Assembly: GCA_951406725.2 (NCBI GenBank)
Contig: OX597814.1
Span: 125,984,001 to 126,048,000, forward strand
Reading direction: 5' to 3'
Origin: Octopus vulgaris
Lineage: Eukaryota
DNA: 64,000 nucleotides
Positions 25,521 through 40,054 of this stretch are shown in pieces. The position numbers and the translations under genes were made by a program. Position 1 is the first letter of the stretch; each line of letters opens with the position of its first letter. The notes under the pieces are model-generated. The model was not told where the DNA came from. It made no database searches and saw only the letters and a list, made by a program, of their open reading frames with translations.

Positions 25521-26929
25521 ACCTGCAGTTCTAGTTTCCAATTCAGGCATCAGCTTCCTTCAGGTCTTTCTACATTTAAGAGTACATGATTGTGATACAT
25601 ATATTTATTTTAATCATTGTTGCTTAATATTTCTTTTATTAATTAATTCCTGCTTAACAAGGCATAGTACACATAAGCAAATGTATTTTTGCCGTTTTCA
25701 TATAAGAATGACAATTCTAAGCAGGCTATGAATAACTGATTTAGTGTCTGTAACTGATGAAGCATAACCATGCAGAAATGCATGTTTGATGAAGGCATTC
25801 ATATCCCAAGCTCAGTGTGATATATAATATGATATGATATGATATGATATAATATAATGTAACATAATATAATATAATATAATATAATATATTGTAATGG
25901 TAGAATTGGTGTCGAAGTTTGTAACAAAATTTAGTGGTTGTGCAAACTATAAGTTCACTTTGTTTAATAGGAAAAAACATGTAATACACATACATAAAAG
26001 TAGTAGTAGTAGTAGTAGTAGTAAACTGCTGCAGCAATAGTGGTAGTAGTAAGCTGCAACATCATATGATCAACAACTTCAAGAAGGACAGTATCAAACA
26101 GCTGAAACAACACCAGCAACCAACATATATATATGACAATATGAAAGAAAACTATTGAAATCTCTTATATAAATAAAACTGTATTACATAAAACATTGAT
26201 AACTGAATATTTTAATTATAATTCTTGTATTTAGAAGAAATGCATTGAAAATATTTGGGTTGTATAGATTTCATTTCTATCAATTTTTTATCATCAAACT
26301 GTATTTATATGTATTAGGTTTTCAAAATATTGCTTCCACCATTCTAGTTTATGTCTCAACCAATATCAAATAGTCCCACTCTGAAAGAACTTATTGTCTT
26401 ACAATCAATTTTAGTCATAATGATTTATGGTTGCCACTGTAGTATCGCATTACTATTCTTCTTTCAGTCTTTGGACAATTTTATTGTCTATGCTGCATTG
26501 TAGGCTAGCAGTTTCCCCTACTAAATATAGATGTAGCTGTTAGCTATTGTAGTATAGAGATCTACAATATCATACTCAGATAGATATACTTATGTGCATT
26601 TATATATCTTATTTTATAGGCCTACTCTGCATTGTGTAGAGTGATGTACCTGTAGATATATCTTATATCATAGAAATGCATTGTCTAATATAGATAGATG
26701 TATTTTGTAAATAGAAAATATATTCTATATTGAAGACCTTAAGAGTATGTTATGTACATAGAAATACTTGTTAGATATAGTGTATTGTGGACCTTCATTA
26801 TTTTTATATAGGTGTACCTATTAGATATATTTTGTAATGCAGTGTCCTATGTAGAGATATCACATATCAGGTACTGTTTGTAGACCTGCATTGTTTCATA
26901 TATATCTACTAGCTAAGTATATATCTTTT

Positions 26930-27668
26930 ATCTTTTACTAGTTTCAGTCATTAGACTGCAGCCATGATAGGGCACTGCCTTGAAAAATTTTAAGTCAAAT
27001 GAGTTGACCCCAGTACATCATCATCATCATCATTTAACGTCCGCTTTCCATGCTAGCATGGGTTGGACGGTTCAACTGGGGTCTGGGGAGCCCAAAGGCT
27101 GCACCAGGCCAGTCAGATCTGGCAGTGTTTCTACAGCTGGATGCCCTTCCTAACGCCAACCACTCCGAGAGTGTAGTGGGTGATTTTATGTGCCACCGAC
27201 ACAGGTGCCAGACGAGGCTGGCGAACGGCCACGCTCGGATGGTGTTTTTTATGTGCCACCGACACAGGTGCCAGATGTGCTGGCGAACGGCCACGATTGG
27301 ATGGTGTTTTTTATGTGCCACCGACACAGGTGCCAGATGTGCTGGCGAACGGCCACGATCGGATGGTGTTTGTTACGTGCCTGGTGCTTATTTCATCAAT
27401 CACTCTTGCTGAATCACTAAGTTAGAGGATGCAAGAATACCAACATGGTTTGTCAAGTGGTGGTGAGGGACAAAAATAGACACGAAGATGTACACACATA
27501 GGCACATGTATGACAGGCCACTTTCAGCTTTCATCTACCAAATCCACTCACAAGGCTTTGATCAGCCCAAGGCTATAGTAGAAGACACTTGCCCTAGGTG
27601 CCACACTGTGGGACTGAACCTGGAACCATGTGATTGGGAAGCAAGCTTCTTACCACACAGCCATGCCA
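26930..27668 (-). mobile_element. tRNA/CORE-type SINE, full length, interrupted by a younger insertion at 27016-27380
   Basis: Tail at 26930-27015; body and head at 27380-27668 (gaagacacttgccctagg, gggactgaacc, cttaccacacagcca). Confidence 0.85.
27016..27380 (-). mobile_element. Young CpG-rich (GAT)n-tailed element with three tandem modules of about 62 bp
   Basis: (cat)n-ttaacgtccgctttccatgctagcatggg tail; unit tttatgtgccaccgacacaggtgccaga..gctggcgaacggccacg.t.ggatggtgtt at about 27186, 27248 and 27310. Confidence 0.85.
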
Positions 27669-27672
27669 GCAC

Positions 27673-27744
<72 letters not shown>

Positions 27745-28247
27745 GCATACATGCATACTTTATTTATCATGTATTGTAGCCTACAGTGTCTCAGATAGAG
27801 AGATGTGCCTGTTAGATATATGTTCAGTGTTATAAAGCCAAGGAAAGTAGAATGGCAGGATTATGAGAGTGTTGTTCTGTTGCTTTTTTCTTATTTTTTC
27901 ATTTTGGGGGTGTTGGGTGGGAAGACGTCTCTCATGGTATCACAATATTAATTAGATTTGAATTTTCTGAAAGTGCTCAGTGGGTTGCGAGCAGTTACAT
28001 GCATTTAGATTTACAAATTGAGGGGAAAAAATACAATCAACACATCTATCAAAGTTTTATTTATTTGTTTGAAAATGCTGATTCACTTTGTTGTTACTCT
28101 GAGATTCTTATCACATATGATCCTTAATTTGTTTTGTCACCTGAAGAATTGTACATAGCAAGACACACTGAGTGGTGATGTAGCAAGTAAATGCCTTTAA
28201 GTAAATGCATGTATGATGATGGTACACACACACGTACACATATACAT

Positions 28248-28310
<63 letters not shown>

Positions 28311-29054
28311 CACACATACACACACAAGCACTTGCTCTATACATTCACAGCATGCATAGCATATATAGTTTTCAACTGCAGTAATGAAGCTTCATAACAC
28401 AGACACTCACGCACATAAATATAAGTATTCTTTATAAAGCACTTCAATCAAGTTCTTGAATCTGAAGAACTAAGAATTCCTTTCTAAAATTGCAATTCAA
28501 TTCTTTAATTGAAAGTTTGATTATTTAGAGTCAGGAATCGCGGAAGAAAACAGGCAGAACTAACAAGATTTCCCATGGAACTCCCTGTTATTTCTAATGT
28601 CTTCGGTTCTTTCTTTATTTTAGACATGATCAATTTAAGAAATTAATAATTCTATTGAATTAATTAATTTTTGAGAGAAAAAGGAACACATGTATTTTTT
28701 GTTTTGTCATGTATTTATTTATTTTTTTATTTTGTCAAAGGAACTGGAATAATTAATTGATAAATAAACACATGTAGACAGATTCACACTCATACACTAT
28801 ACATGCATTCACACACACACACACACACACTCATTTTCTATCTCTGTCTCTCTCACTCTCTTTCTCTCCCCAACATCTTTCTCAGATCTGCTATGCACAT
28901 CTGTGAACACTGAAGCAGAAATTTACCAAATATAACATTACATACACGCATTAACAGTTCTGTCATCATTTTAGAATGACTTATACAAATATAATAAATC
29001 ACACAACCCCCACCCCATATAAGTTTATAATGGATCTTCCTTTGGTGATTCAAC

Positions 29055-29180
29055 ATGCTAGAAATAGTGACCAGATCTCTCACAAATTACACCCTGCTGT
29101 CTTAAAACAAGAAGGACACACTAGATAATGTAGTCCTAGAAACACTGGATAAAAAGTAAGATAGTCACAGCTAGCCTTTA
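29055..29180 (+). repeat. Dispersed repeat of unknown class (copies also near 12780 rc, 36200, 42070, 47295, 56290 rc)
   Basis: Shared gctagaaatag..ccaaatct..ctc..aatcacac...gtcttaaaa...gataatgtagtcctaga...gatggtca.agctgga pattern. Confidence 0.65.
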
Positions 29181-29481
29181 CTTATCAGTTACCAATTACA
29201 TACATGTAGGAACGACTTTACATTACAGGTTATATATACAACCATAACTATTACTCACAAACAAGTATTACCTGGTAGTATGAACCATGATTTCACTAAT
29301 TGTTTTTTGATACCTATGAAGGTGTCACAAGATGTAGATACTCTTTCGGCCTTCCCACCCATGACCCAGTGGAACATAGACAGGAGTTGAAAAGACAGGA
29401 GTAACATGAAATGGAGTGCCTTGCTGAAGCACACTACCAGGTCCAGGAATTGATCCCATAACCTGATGATTACAAGTTTAA

Positions 29482-29700
29482 CCCTTTATCATTCATATTA
29501 CTCTGTCAGATATAATTCTTATTTATTTACATTGATTTGATTTAAGTTGCATTATCTCATAGCTTTGAGGTTTTGATGATGTGATTGTTTATTTTTAGAA
29601 TGACATTGCTGGATAAGTTTGAGAGGTCAGATCTCGCTGTTCTGAACATGAAATAGGCAGAATTTCTTTATTGGATATGAGCGGTTTAAAAGTTGAAGGG
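29482..29700. mobile_element. piggyBac-like MITE
   Basis: TTAA-CCCTT...AAGGG-TTAA: TTAA at 29478-29481 and 29701-29704, CCCT/AGGG termini, no coding capacity. Confidence 0.7.
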
Positions 29701-30538
29701 TTAATGTGCTAATCTCTATGCCTGTGCCTCTACTTACACATGCATATATGTGTGGAAAAAATTGCAAAGTTACTGAAATTATGAAAAACTAGTAATAGCA
29801 CCTTACATACACTAACATATTTGAACACACATACATGCAATGACCTTTATACAACAACTTACACATACATACATACATCATACACACACATACATACATA
29901 CATACATACATACATACATAAAAACACACACGTACATACATACACATACATGTGCAAGGTATGTTATGCAAGCAGCTGTCACATACATCGATATATGAAC
30001 AACCTTACATGGATTTTCACATACATACATGACTGAAGAGTCTTATACAGAAGATTTACACATACATAAATGTATGAAGAATTTCCACAGCATTTTAGAC
30101 ATACATAGATTAAGATGAATTTTACATAGCAATTTAATTTACACATACATAGATGAACAAATGTGTATAGATGTAAGAAATGTGTTGATTAAAGAGACAA
30201 TAATTTGTGTACCCAAGTAGAAATAGTGAAATATAAAATTCTAAAGCGAATCTGTTCAACTCATTATTAGCCACAAACATCTGTGTGAAGAGCTCTATCT
30301 CTCTTTTCCCCTCTCTCACTTTCTCTTACTCTCTCTTTCTTTCCCCTCTTCCCTTCCTCCCTCTTTCCTTCTCTTAGTCTCTGAAGAGTTCTCCCTTTCT
30401 TTGAAACTTCTGAAGAACTTCTTCTCATTATATGCGTGTTCCCTTCGGAGAATATTTCTATTGAAACAATAGAATTCCTGTAAACTAGCTGCATGTAAAC
30501 ATCAGTAATTTCAGGTACACATTGTACCATTAAGACTG

Positions 30539-30603
<65 letters not shown>

Positions 30604-31261
30604 CATAAATATACCTACATATACATCATACATACTAAAGCATTCATAACCTTGCACACATATGCGTATATCCATAAACATACATATACACATATAAACA
30701 GGCACAGTAGTCTGATGTTTATGTTTTCCATTAAGTTCAACTAGCATCATTAGTGTCATTATTCAACTCTCTTTCTTTCTCTCTCTCTCTTTCTTTCTCT
30801 CCCTCTCCTTTCCTCTGCATATGTGCCTGTATGTGTGCATACACCAGTCATGAAACATCAGAAAATATATCACCGTACACCATCTTCCAGAAGAATAAAC
30901 CAACCCTTTAGAATTCTATCTTAACCCTTAAGTATAATTTTACACTAAAAATTTCCCCAGTTAAAATCTATTAGTTATTTTTCTCTCTTTAATTGCTGTA
31001 TCATATGTACCATTGATTACCACATGAATAGCATCAAGATGACTTTTACATTAGCTACCAGTCTTGTCTACACAGACTAAAAGGAGAGAGCTTCTATATG
31101 ATCATTAGACCATGTAGAGATTTCACTGCTTGGAACAGCTGTTAAATCTTTATCAAACCACTACCATCTTAAAATCAGAATACATAGGTTAATGTAACTT
31201 GGGTATACTATTCCAGGATTGCTCTGATTAAAGATTAACTTGGAACTGAACATACATTCAA

Positions 31262-31525
31262 GCATGTCTGTGTAGCTAAGAAGTTCATATTGTAACCACA
31301 TGGTTCCAGATTTAATCCCTTTGCACAGCGCCTTGGGCAAGTGTCTTCTACCATAACTTAAGCAATACTGTATGGAAAAGTTGATGTAAAATGATGATGA
31401 TGATGTTATGTATCTTACTTGAAAAATAGGTATGGGTAAGTGACAGGAAGAGCATCCATCCATATAATCCTGCCTCAAATAACTTTCTGTCAAAACCCAT
31501 GCAAGCATAGAAATAAAGACATCAA
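31262..31525 (+). mobile_element. SINE with tRNA/CORE-type head followed by a (GAT)n-family-like 3' part
   Basis: Head: ccacatggttccagatttaatccctttgcacagcgccttgggcaagtgtcttctac. 3' part: caggaagagcatccatccatataa...aacccatgcaagcatagaaataaagacatcaaa. Confidence 0.6.
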
Positions 31526-32159
31526 ACAGGTCACTTGTCATATTTATTCTGCCTGAGTTGCATAGACACTCCCTGTCACCATTATAAATGAAGTGAAGCA
31601 ATAATTGGCCTGTTGCAAACCTATAACCAACGATGTTATTGTTCACAAAATATAATATAAAATAGATTTAAAACAACAGCCTTATCTGTGTCTTGCACTA
31701 TGTTGTTACTTGAAAAAGCAATTCTCCATATAATTTAAATGTCCATTCTCTGATCAAGGATTTACTACTTTTTCTTTGTAGTTTTATAATTATGTTCTGT
31801 TGCTTAAAACATACACATTGAATTATTCCTTAGAGTTTACCTACATTACTTTGTAAATACATCACAACATTAATATGGCTTCTCAGACTTTTGTCTCAAA
31901 TCAATGAAGTTAGATAGCGAGGTTTTATTGTTGTAAGAATTACTTAAAATATAGTCTGGCATGAGGTTGAGTAATTTAGTTGTGGAAAGATGCTATTCTC
32001 CAATATACATTGATTCAAGTGTGCTGGACTGAAGATTCATGGTATTTTTCTTATTTCTAGTTTAGCCAGATGTGAAAAGTCAATGTCCATGATTTTTGCA
32101 GGTCCTCTGAGATTGGTAGGTGAAAACAAGAAATCACAACTTATAGCTGCATACCAACA

Positions 32160-32320
32160 AACTTTCTCTCAGTTTCCTTCAACTCAGTTTCATTTACAAG
32201 GCTTAGGCTGACCTAAGATTAGCAAAAGAAGCTTTTGGTTATGGTGCCATGCAATGGGATTGATCTTAGAATTAGTTAATTGTGATCTAAACTTCTTAAC
32301 TGCACAGCTATGCTTGCTTC
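32160..32320 (-). mobile_element. Old tRNA/CORE-type SINE head
   Basis: ctttctctcagtttcc...acaaggcttaggctgacc...ggtgccatgcaatgggattga...aacttcttaactgcacagc. Confidence 0.55.
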
Positions 32321-35300
32321 CATTTGCAAAACTATTACATTATTATTATTAATTCATTCTTATTATTGTCTAACTTTATAATAAAATACAAATTGGAGGG
32401 AATGACACTTGTAATTATCTGATTCAAGTAACACATTTAAATGTTTGAATTTAAAATCTAATCAAATTCATGTCTACTTGTAATAAATAGTTGATAAATG
32501 TCTTTAATTTAAGGTAACAGCTTAAACTGTAAACAATATTTCTCCTTAAATTCTCTTTAGCACCAAATGTTGGTATTTTATTTAATATGTTAAGTATGAC
32601 GGAGAAAGATTATTAAATTAAACTTAACAGAAATCACTTTTAAACCCGTTTGCTCCTGTGTCACCAATTCTATATCTCTCTACACTCAGCTACCAGCTGT
32701 AATAAATTCTTTTGGTTCCCAACAGCTGTTAGGTTAATGAACCTAATAGCTTTCTTAGTTATTACACTGAATTGTAATTTCCAGGTCAACTCCTATTCTC
32801 ACTAACCTCAAATGTTGTTCTTGTATCTCTCCCACCCCACTGCATACCACCCACATTTAACCATAAGATTACAACAGAAGATTTACTGAAGTTGGAATCT
32901 TTGTTGTAAAAGGGGTTATGAAACAAAAGTAGCAACACATATTCTTCAGCTTATCAAAATGATTGTTTTACTTCTTACGTATGTAATCTTGTTCACCATA
33001 TGACATTAATAATCTTATGCTTACTTAATTATTAAATTATTAAAAGGTCTATTAAATAGCAGCTAATTATATTTGGGAAAATTAATTGTATTTGTGAAAA
33101 TTAATTTTATACACTGGTTAGGGTTTGGAGGTCTCCATAATCAACATGTTCAGTAATTTTAAGCGATAAAACATTAAATAATTAAATAATACAAATAATC
33201 ACTGCTGAAATATAATATTAACTCCTACTGTGAAAGATTCAAAGAAGAAACATATTTGGGAAGCAGTTAACCAAATATAGTTGACTTTTGTTTGGAGACA
33301 ATTAAAATTTGAAGGCAGATCTAACAGAAGGACTGCAGAATAATTCTGTCTTGCTTAATGCCCCCCCCCCCCTTCCCAACCTACTTACTGTAGATATAAT
33401 AGGCATTCTAACAGGAAGCTGGAGTGGGGCATAAAGAAAAAAGAAGGCATCTGAAATAAGCCAGAAGTTACTACTCTTGGATAACTCATTTCATTTCCAG
33501 TGCAGCTTCATTCAATTTAAAGACAAAGTTAGAGCATCCAACATTTTTGTTTCCTTCCCAAAGTTTTTGCCATTCCAGTCACATATAAATAAATTTTTGT
33601 TCTGTTTGTCCCTTTCTGTTTCATTGTATGACTTTAAATAGTGAAACATGGTTGGGAGTGGGGGAGGATTAAAACTGAGTGTAGTTTTTGGTAGCTAATT
33701 TTATTAATTGCTGAGCTCCTTCTCTATTCAGGAATGAAATTTTTTCTGAATCTGAAGAGAAAGTCTAGCTTTTTAAGTCAGTATCAGAGATCATTCAAAG
33801 ATTTTTAATATGAGTATCTGTAACATTCAAACAGTTTTAGCTGTGTATCATGAGTAATCTAAATTTTGTAAGTGTATTTTTCTGCTATTGAATGGAAGTA
33901 GTTTTTTTTTCATATCTTGTTGAAGGATGTTTTCAATATTTGATTGAAGGAAGTGGTAGAAGTCTAGCATGTGGATGATATCTGTGATGAAAGGTTGTCG
34001 AAGAGTGAGAGGTGGTATAATCTGAATAAGAGTGTGTTTAATTAGAAGTAATGATCAAGAGCGTTAACATTCAGAAGGGAGAATGTTTGAGACATAGTTA
34101 AAGAGAGCACAGTTAAACTATTAGTAAACATACAAAAGTTAAATTCTGCTCCCATTACTTGCATTCAATTATAATAATAAAGCATCAATATCTCACGGTA
34201 AAATAAATGTTTCTAATCTAGGTTTCTGAAAAATAATAAAACAGGAAAATTTTCATTTGGATTGTGTACATTAATACCTCTAGTTCTGTGATTCAAAGAA
34301 TTGAAAGACTGACTGAGCCAGAAGGAAATCATAGAGTGCAATTCTTGTACACAGTAAGAACTGTATTGAAAATATACTCTCACACACCCACACACATCAT
34401 CATTGATATATACATTCATCCATGTATGTTGAACAAATGCTTCAATAGAGATTTTTAGATTAAACTACAAAAAAGAAATAGATGTTTTTGTTTGATGCTT
34501 GGTGACAAAGTGTAAAAGAAGCATGCACTACATACAGCCTGCCATGGCTTGCTGTGCAACATGCAATGAATTTGAAAATAGTAATTATTTACAAAACAAA
34601 CTAATGCTTAAACCATGAAGTGTACAGAAGGAAGGGAAGAAAATTCTATATATAGGTTGAAGAATTGAAAAATCATCATAAAATTTTTCTCTCCGCTCTA
34701 TTCAGAATTTATTACTAACAATTAGAATTATCTTAAATGTTGGTGAGGGGATGTATTTGAATGTGTGTTGTTGACTGTGAACCTTTTATATATTATGTTC
34801 TTGTGATTTCAGAGTTATCCTTCATTGAAATTCTTGGGCTAAATTTGTTTAGGCGTTCTTTGATTTCTTAGTTTTTGGAGATCTTGTTTTGTATATTATA
34901 CCATATATTATTACCGTGTGGTTGTCCTTCATTGACATTCAAATTCCAGTAAAGGTTATACTTGTATGCTGTAACCAGCAATATTTTCCCTTAAAATTTG
35001 GCAGCTCTTTTCACTTTCATTTCCCACTGGTTATGAAATAAAAACAATGTTAATTTGTTAATTAGGAAGCAGAACTTAAAGCTATAAGAAAATATGAGGC
35101 TGTGAAGTTCATACTTTCCCTAAAAACATTAACAATATAAAAGAAGCAATATCAAACAGGACTTGAAACTGGAATATATACCAATAAAAAATATTCAACA
35201 TTAGAACTGCCTTCTTTCCAGAAATATGATAAAATCCAACACAAAAATTCAGTTATGTCACCTAATAAGTGTCACCTAGAAGTTTAGTTTTGAGGCAGTT

Positions 35301-37534
35301 TGTTTTTCCATATATTCTACCATCAAATGGGAATTTGAGTTCTTGTAATTAGTAGAAAGCTACAGCAATTAGCATTTACATTCGCCCTGTTTCATGGTTG
35401 CCTTTTTAACTGACATTTCATTGAAACATTTCTTATGATGCTATCAGCATGAATCTAATTGGCTGTGAATATTTTGCTTTTCTCTTCTTTTTTATTTGTC
35501 TGTTTGTTTGTTTGTTGTTTTGGGAGTTTTCTTTGCTTTATTTTTCTATCCTTATTCACCACACCCTGTGTGTATATTATTTGAAGACCACCGGTTGATA
35601 AGCTCATATTTTGTTGACTAGGTTTCCTTTGAAGTAACTAATTTATATTTTTCCAATAAATTACAACTTTATCAAGAAACAAGGAGATAAAATAGAAAAT
35701 TTCCCAAACAAAGGTTTAAAAACTGATAAAAATAAATATTTGCTTGAATGTTGACTTGCAAATTCTTAAAAGATTCCAACTTTGCATATAATTTTTTTTC
35801 AGCTAATTTTTTTCAGTCATTTTAATTAAGCAACATACCATTATTGTTTTTTTTAACCTAGTCTTTTAGGCAATATAATCTCTATTATTAAACAGCTTTC
35901 TGTGCAACAGAATTGTCAGTCGTATTGTTTCTAAAACATATAGAGCAAGGAATAAAAGACTCCAGATATTGATGTTTACAAGCAACAATACTTTGGTATA
36001 ATCATACAAAGCTTTCTAATTGTTATTTCATTCAGTCTTTCCTCTTTTCATTGCATTTTCTTTAGTCATTTTATCTCACTCTGGATTACAGTGGACTGAA
36101 GCCAAAGAAAGCTTGAAATATTTATTTAGATAATCCCCTTTCTAAGTCTGTTATGAACTCTGTTACATTCTAACAAGTAAACCAACAAAGGAGCTATGTA
36201 GATGTTCAAACTACTAGAAGTAACAGCCAAATCTCTCATATTGTACCTTGATAATTTAGTTATAGATACACTAAAACTGAACTTTTTTGTTGTATCTCAC
36301 CATCCCTTAACATGTTTACTCTTGAGGACAAAACTAGCGTACTCTCTACCTAGTGTATCACTGCTATAATACATTATATTATGTTTTCCAGAATTGCACC
36401 CTCTTAAACTTATACCCTGTAACCTGTACTTCTATATCTTATGAAATTCTTCTCCGCAATGATCATTAGTCCTTCTTTTTCATGTGTACCTGTCATACTA
36501 CTATGTTAATTTCTGCATTAACTGTCCGAGTGTCATAGTCAGTAAACTGAGAGAGGCTTCACAAATTATGCAAAGCTCTTCCTATCCTCACTCCCCCTAA
36601 CTAACCAAAAATACAAGAATCTGCTAGAATAACAGAAATAAAAGAATAATATTTTGAGATTCATAACACTAGAATTTTGTAAATATTGCTTATTCTGTTC
36701 CACCAAATACTACATTGTTAATAAAATTCATCTCATACATTCTTAATAGAATTTTCTTCCTGTTCATATTTTAACAAATTCAAATTTACTTAATGACACC
36801 TTGCTGCATATAATTTGATGCTCTGTCCCCTTTGCAAATATCAAATGTTTGATATTTCTCATAGATGGCTATGCAAAACTCAATAAACTTCACCTAGAAT
36901 TTTGACTATTTTTACATAAATAGAAAATTTCTTCATATTTGCATTGGTATATTGCTTATATTAACTTTAATCATTTCTATGAGAAAGATGAGAAAATACT
37001 GATAAATTCAAACCTATGAGCTAGAGGTTTCATAATAAGTTTCTATGTGATGCAATTAACATAGTTTTCAACTAAAATTCTTTACATTCTAAGCTTTAGT
37101 ATACACTGTATATAGATTACAGAATTATAAAACCCCCCAGAATTCCTACTGAGCTGATGTAATGGTGGATTTCATGTAGCACCAACTAAAAACTTTATTT
37201 CCTTTCTCCCTCTCCCCTGCTGTAGCTCTGATGGAAATTGTTGCTTGACTTGTTAGGAGCTATAATGATAAACATCAATAAAAATTATGATTTAATTATC
37301 TTTTTCTATCATCTATTTCATAAATCTAACTTCATTTAACATGAGAGTATGTAAGGGGTTAAGGGTGTATAGGGAGACTTATTACTCAGAAAGGGGAACT
37401 AATGCTTGAAGATATTTCATGCTTACATTTTTGTTTTATTTCTTTGCTTTTTGTTTTTTTCATTTTTTCCTGCTCTGTTTAGTGTCAAGTTTCATCTTTT
37501 GATGTTTAAATTTTCAACCCAAGAGAAATATCTG

Positions 37535-37597
<63 letters not shown>

Positions 37598-39079
37598 GCA
37601 GGGTGGTAGGGAAAAATAACTGAAAGCTAGAAAACTAGAAACAATTCTGAAATAAGCAAAGAGATGCAACAATTTGTGATATCTGAAAGATCACTTAAAA
37701 TGTAAGCTTTTGATATGGAATTTTCCTATTCATAATGTTAAAATGTAAATTGTACTATTTTTTAATCATCTGAGAATAACACTAAAATATTTGCTAAATT
37801 TGTATTTTAGAGAGTTTTACAATTTCTCATTTTCAGTTCCAGTTTATTTCTCAGAATTCTTATTTCTTTTGATTCCACTAATTACTGTCTAACCATTTTA
37901 CAAGATTAGCTACTAAATATTCATAAAAAAAGCTAAATATTTCACATACTAGTAACTTTGATGTCTGAAATCAGTCAGAGTAGTTTTATATTGAAGACCA
38001 ATTCTCTGATCCATTTTATCCTCAACAGACCAGGCTCTCATCTATAATTTATGTTGCTATATACTTATTTAGCATTACTTTTTGAAAACAAGCCCAAAGT
38101 CAGGTGTACTAGTTAAGCATTAGTTCTTGCTACAAGGTTAAAATCACAACAGTCTCATTGAAGTTCAGTCTAACATTACTAAACATTGCTGTCTGACTGT
38201 TTAAAGAGAATAAAACAAATGAAGAAAAGAAAGAAAAGAAAACATTCCCAAAGTCTACGATCAAATAACAGACTAGTTTTTGTGAGTTTGTTTAATATAT
38301 TGAATATTGTATGTAGTATATTTATATTACAACTTCTTTCTCTTCTGACTGACAATGAGAAGCTTACATCGGACTTCCTTGATTAAGAAAAATAGCTGTA
38401 AACTATTTGGAAATAGTTGTAGATAGTCATGTATTGCAACAGCAATATCTACTGACGGAACTAGTTATTTATTAGTACTACACTAACTAGCTAGAAAATA
38501 ATATCTAGTCCTTTGAACTGGGGTAGATAGACAAGTAGATTGATAAATAAAGTAGGTGTGTAGTTAGATAGGTGGGTAGATAAATAAGGGTTTTACCTTT
38601 TACTAAATGTCTTATTAAAGTTAAAGGAGCTAGCAGACAACAGTATTTAAAGTTGCCAAATGAGAAATAAGAAAGATTCTTCTGAAATTTTTACTTGAAT
38701 CATTACTGTCTACTTTTTGATGTGTTCATTGACCAGATGAGAGTACATTGACGCAGTTTTCTATGAATGTATGCTGTTCTTGATGCCACCACACACCTTT
38801 TTCCATGCAAGGTAAAAATCTCCATCTGTTGGACAATAGCCCAGACATAGTTATGTGGAGAACTAGAAACAAATAACACTGAATAAGTTTTTTCTTTTTG
38901 TTTATGCCTTCCACAAACAGAACACACAATGTATCAAGAACCTCAGAAGTGCTTTCACAGAGGACTGCAAACAAATGATACCATTATTGTTTATAATCAG
39001 TGAACACGTGAATGAGGAAAAATACAAACTCACACATACACTGACACTCATCCATGTTATATGTATATGTGTATCTCCA

Positions 39080-39124
<45 letters not shown>

Positions 39125-39131
<7 letters not shown>

Positions 39132-39319
39132 CTTGTGCCACATAAAAAGCACTAAGGCCACTCTGCTGAGTTTGTTGGTGTTAGGAAGGGCAACCAGCTG
39201 TAAAAATCCTGCCAAAACAGTCACAGAAGTCTGGTGCAAGCTTTGGCCTGGTTGGCTTTTGTGGTACTGTCCCACCCATGCTAGCATGGAAAACAGACGA
39301 TAAATGATGATGATGATGA

Positions 39320-39322
<3 letters not shown>
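39125..39322 (+). mobile_element. (GAT)n-tailed SINE-like element, 3' part
   Basis: ggtgttaggaagggcaaccagctgtaaaa...cccatgctagcatggaaaacagacgataaa(tga)n. Confidence 0.8.
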
Positions 39323-39384
<62 letters not shown>

Positions 39385-39767
39385 CATGTTTCAGTCATTT
39401 GATACTAGCCATGGTGGAGCACTACCTTAAAGGGTTTTAGTCGAAGAAATTGACCCCAGGACTTATTCTTTGTAAGTCCAGTGCTTATTTTATCATTCTC
39501 TTTTGCCAAACTGCTAAGTTACGAGGATGTAAACACACCATCGGTTGTCAAGCAACGGTGGGGAGACAAAGACACACACATATGAATATATATACATATA
39601 TTTATATGACAGGCTTCTTTCATTTTCCGTCTACCAAATCCACTCAAAGCTTTGGCCAGCCTGGGGCTATGGTAGAAGACACTTGCCCAAGTTGCCACAT
39701 AGTGGAATTAAGCCTGGAACCTTGTGGTTGGGAAGCAAGCTTCTTACCACACAGCTATGTCTACACC
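39385..39767 (-). mobile_element. tRNA/CORE-type SINE, full length
   Basis: Colinear reverse-complement match to 46578-46974. Confidence 0.85.
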
Positions 39768-39944
39768 TATAATATATATATCAACAATATTAAAATGCTA
39801 ACTTTTTGTTTTTGTACGTACCTGTTGTGTGCATCACACTTACTTCAAAGAAATGGCAAAGCGAGAGAGAAGAGGACAGAGAGGAAGTAAGAGAGAGAGA
39901 AAGGGAGAGTGAAAGAAAGTGTGAAAGAGAAAGAGAGAGAGAGT

Positions 39945-40054
39945 GAAAGAGACAGTGAGTGGTGACAGCATTCATTTTGTGTTTTTAAATGTTTCAGAGA
40001 GGAAGAAAGAGACAGTGAGTGGTGACTGCATTTGTTTTGTGTTTTTAAATGTTT
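39945..40054. repeat. Tandem duplication, 60-bp period
   Basis: gaaagagacagtgagtggtgac.gcatt..ttttgtgtttttaaatgttt occurs twice. Confidence 0.9.

Noticed and set aside
27186-27380. Regular repeats of about 62 bp resembling a CRISPR array
   Set aside because: The intervening sequences are near-identical rather than unique spacers, there are no cas genes, and the context is a eukaryotic SINE-like element.
38703-38974. Minus-strand ORFs faintly like a Gypsy integrase (EVLDTLCVLFVEG, VSSSPH)
   Set aside because: No intact D-D-E motif; similarity too weak to call without a profile search.
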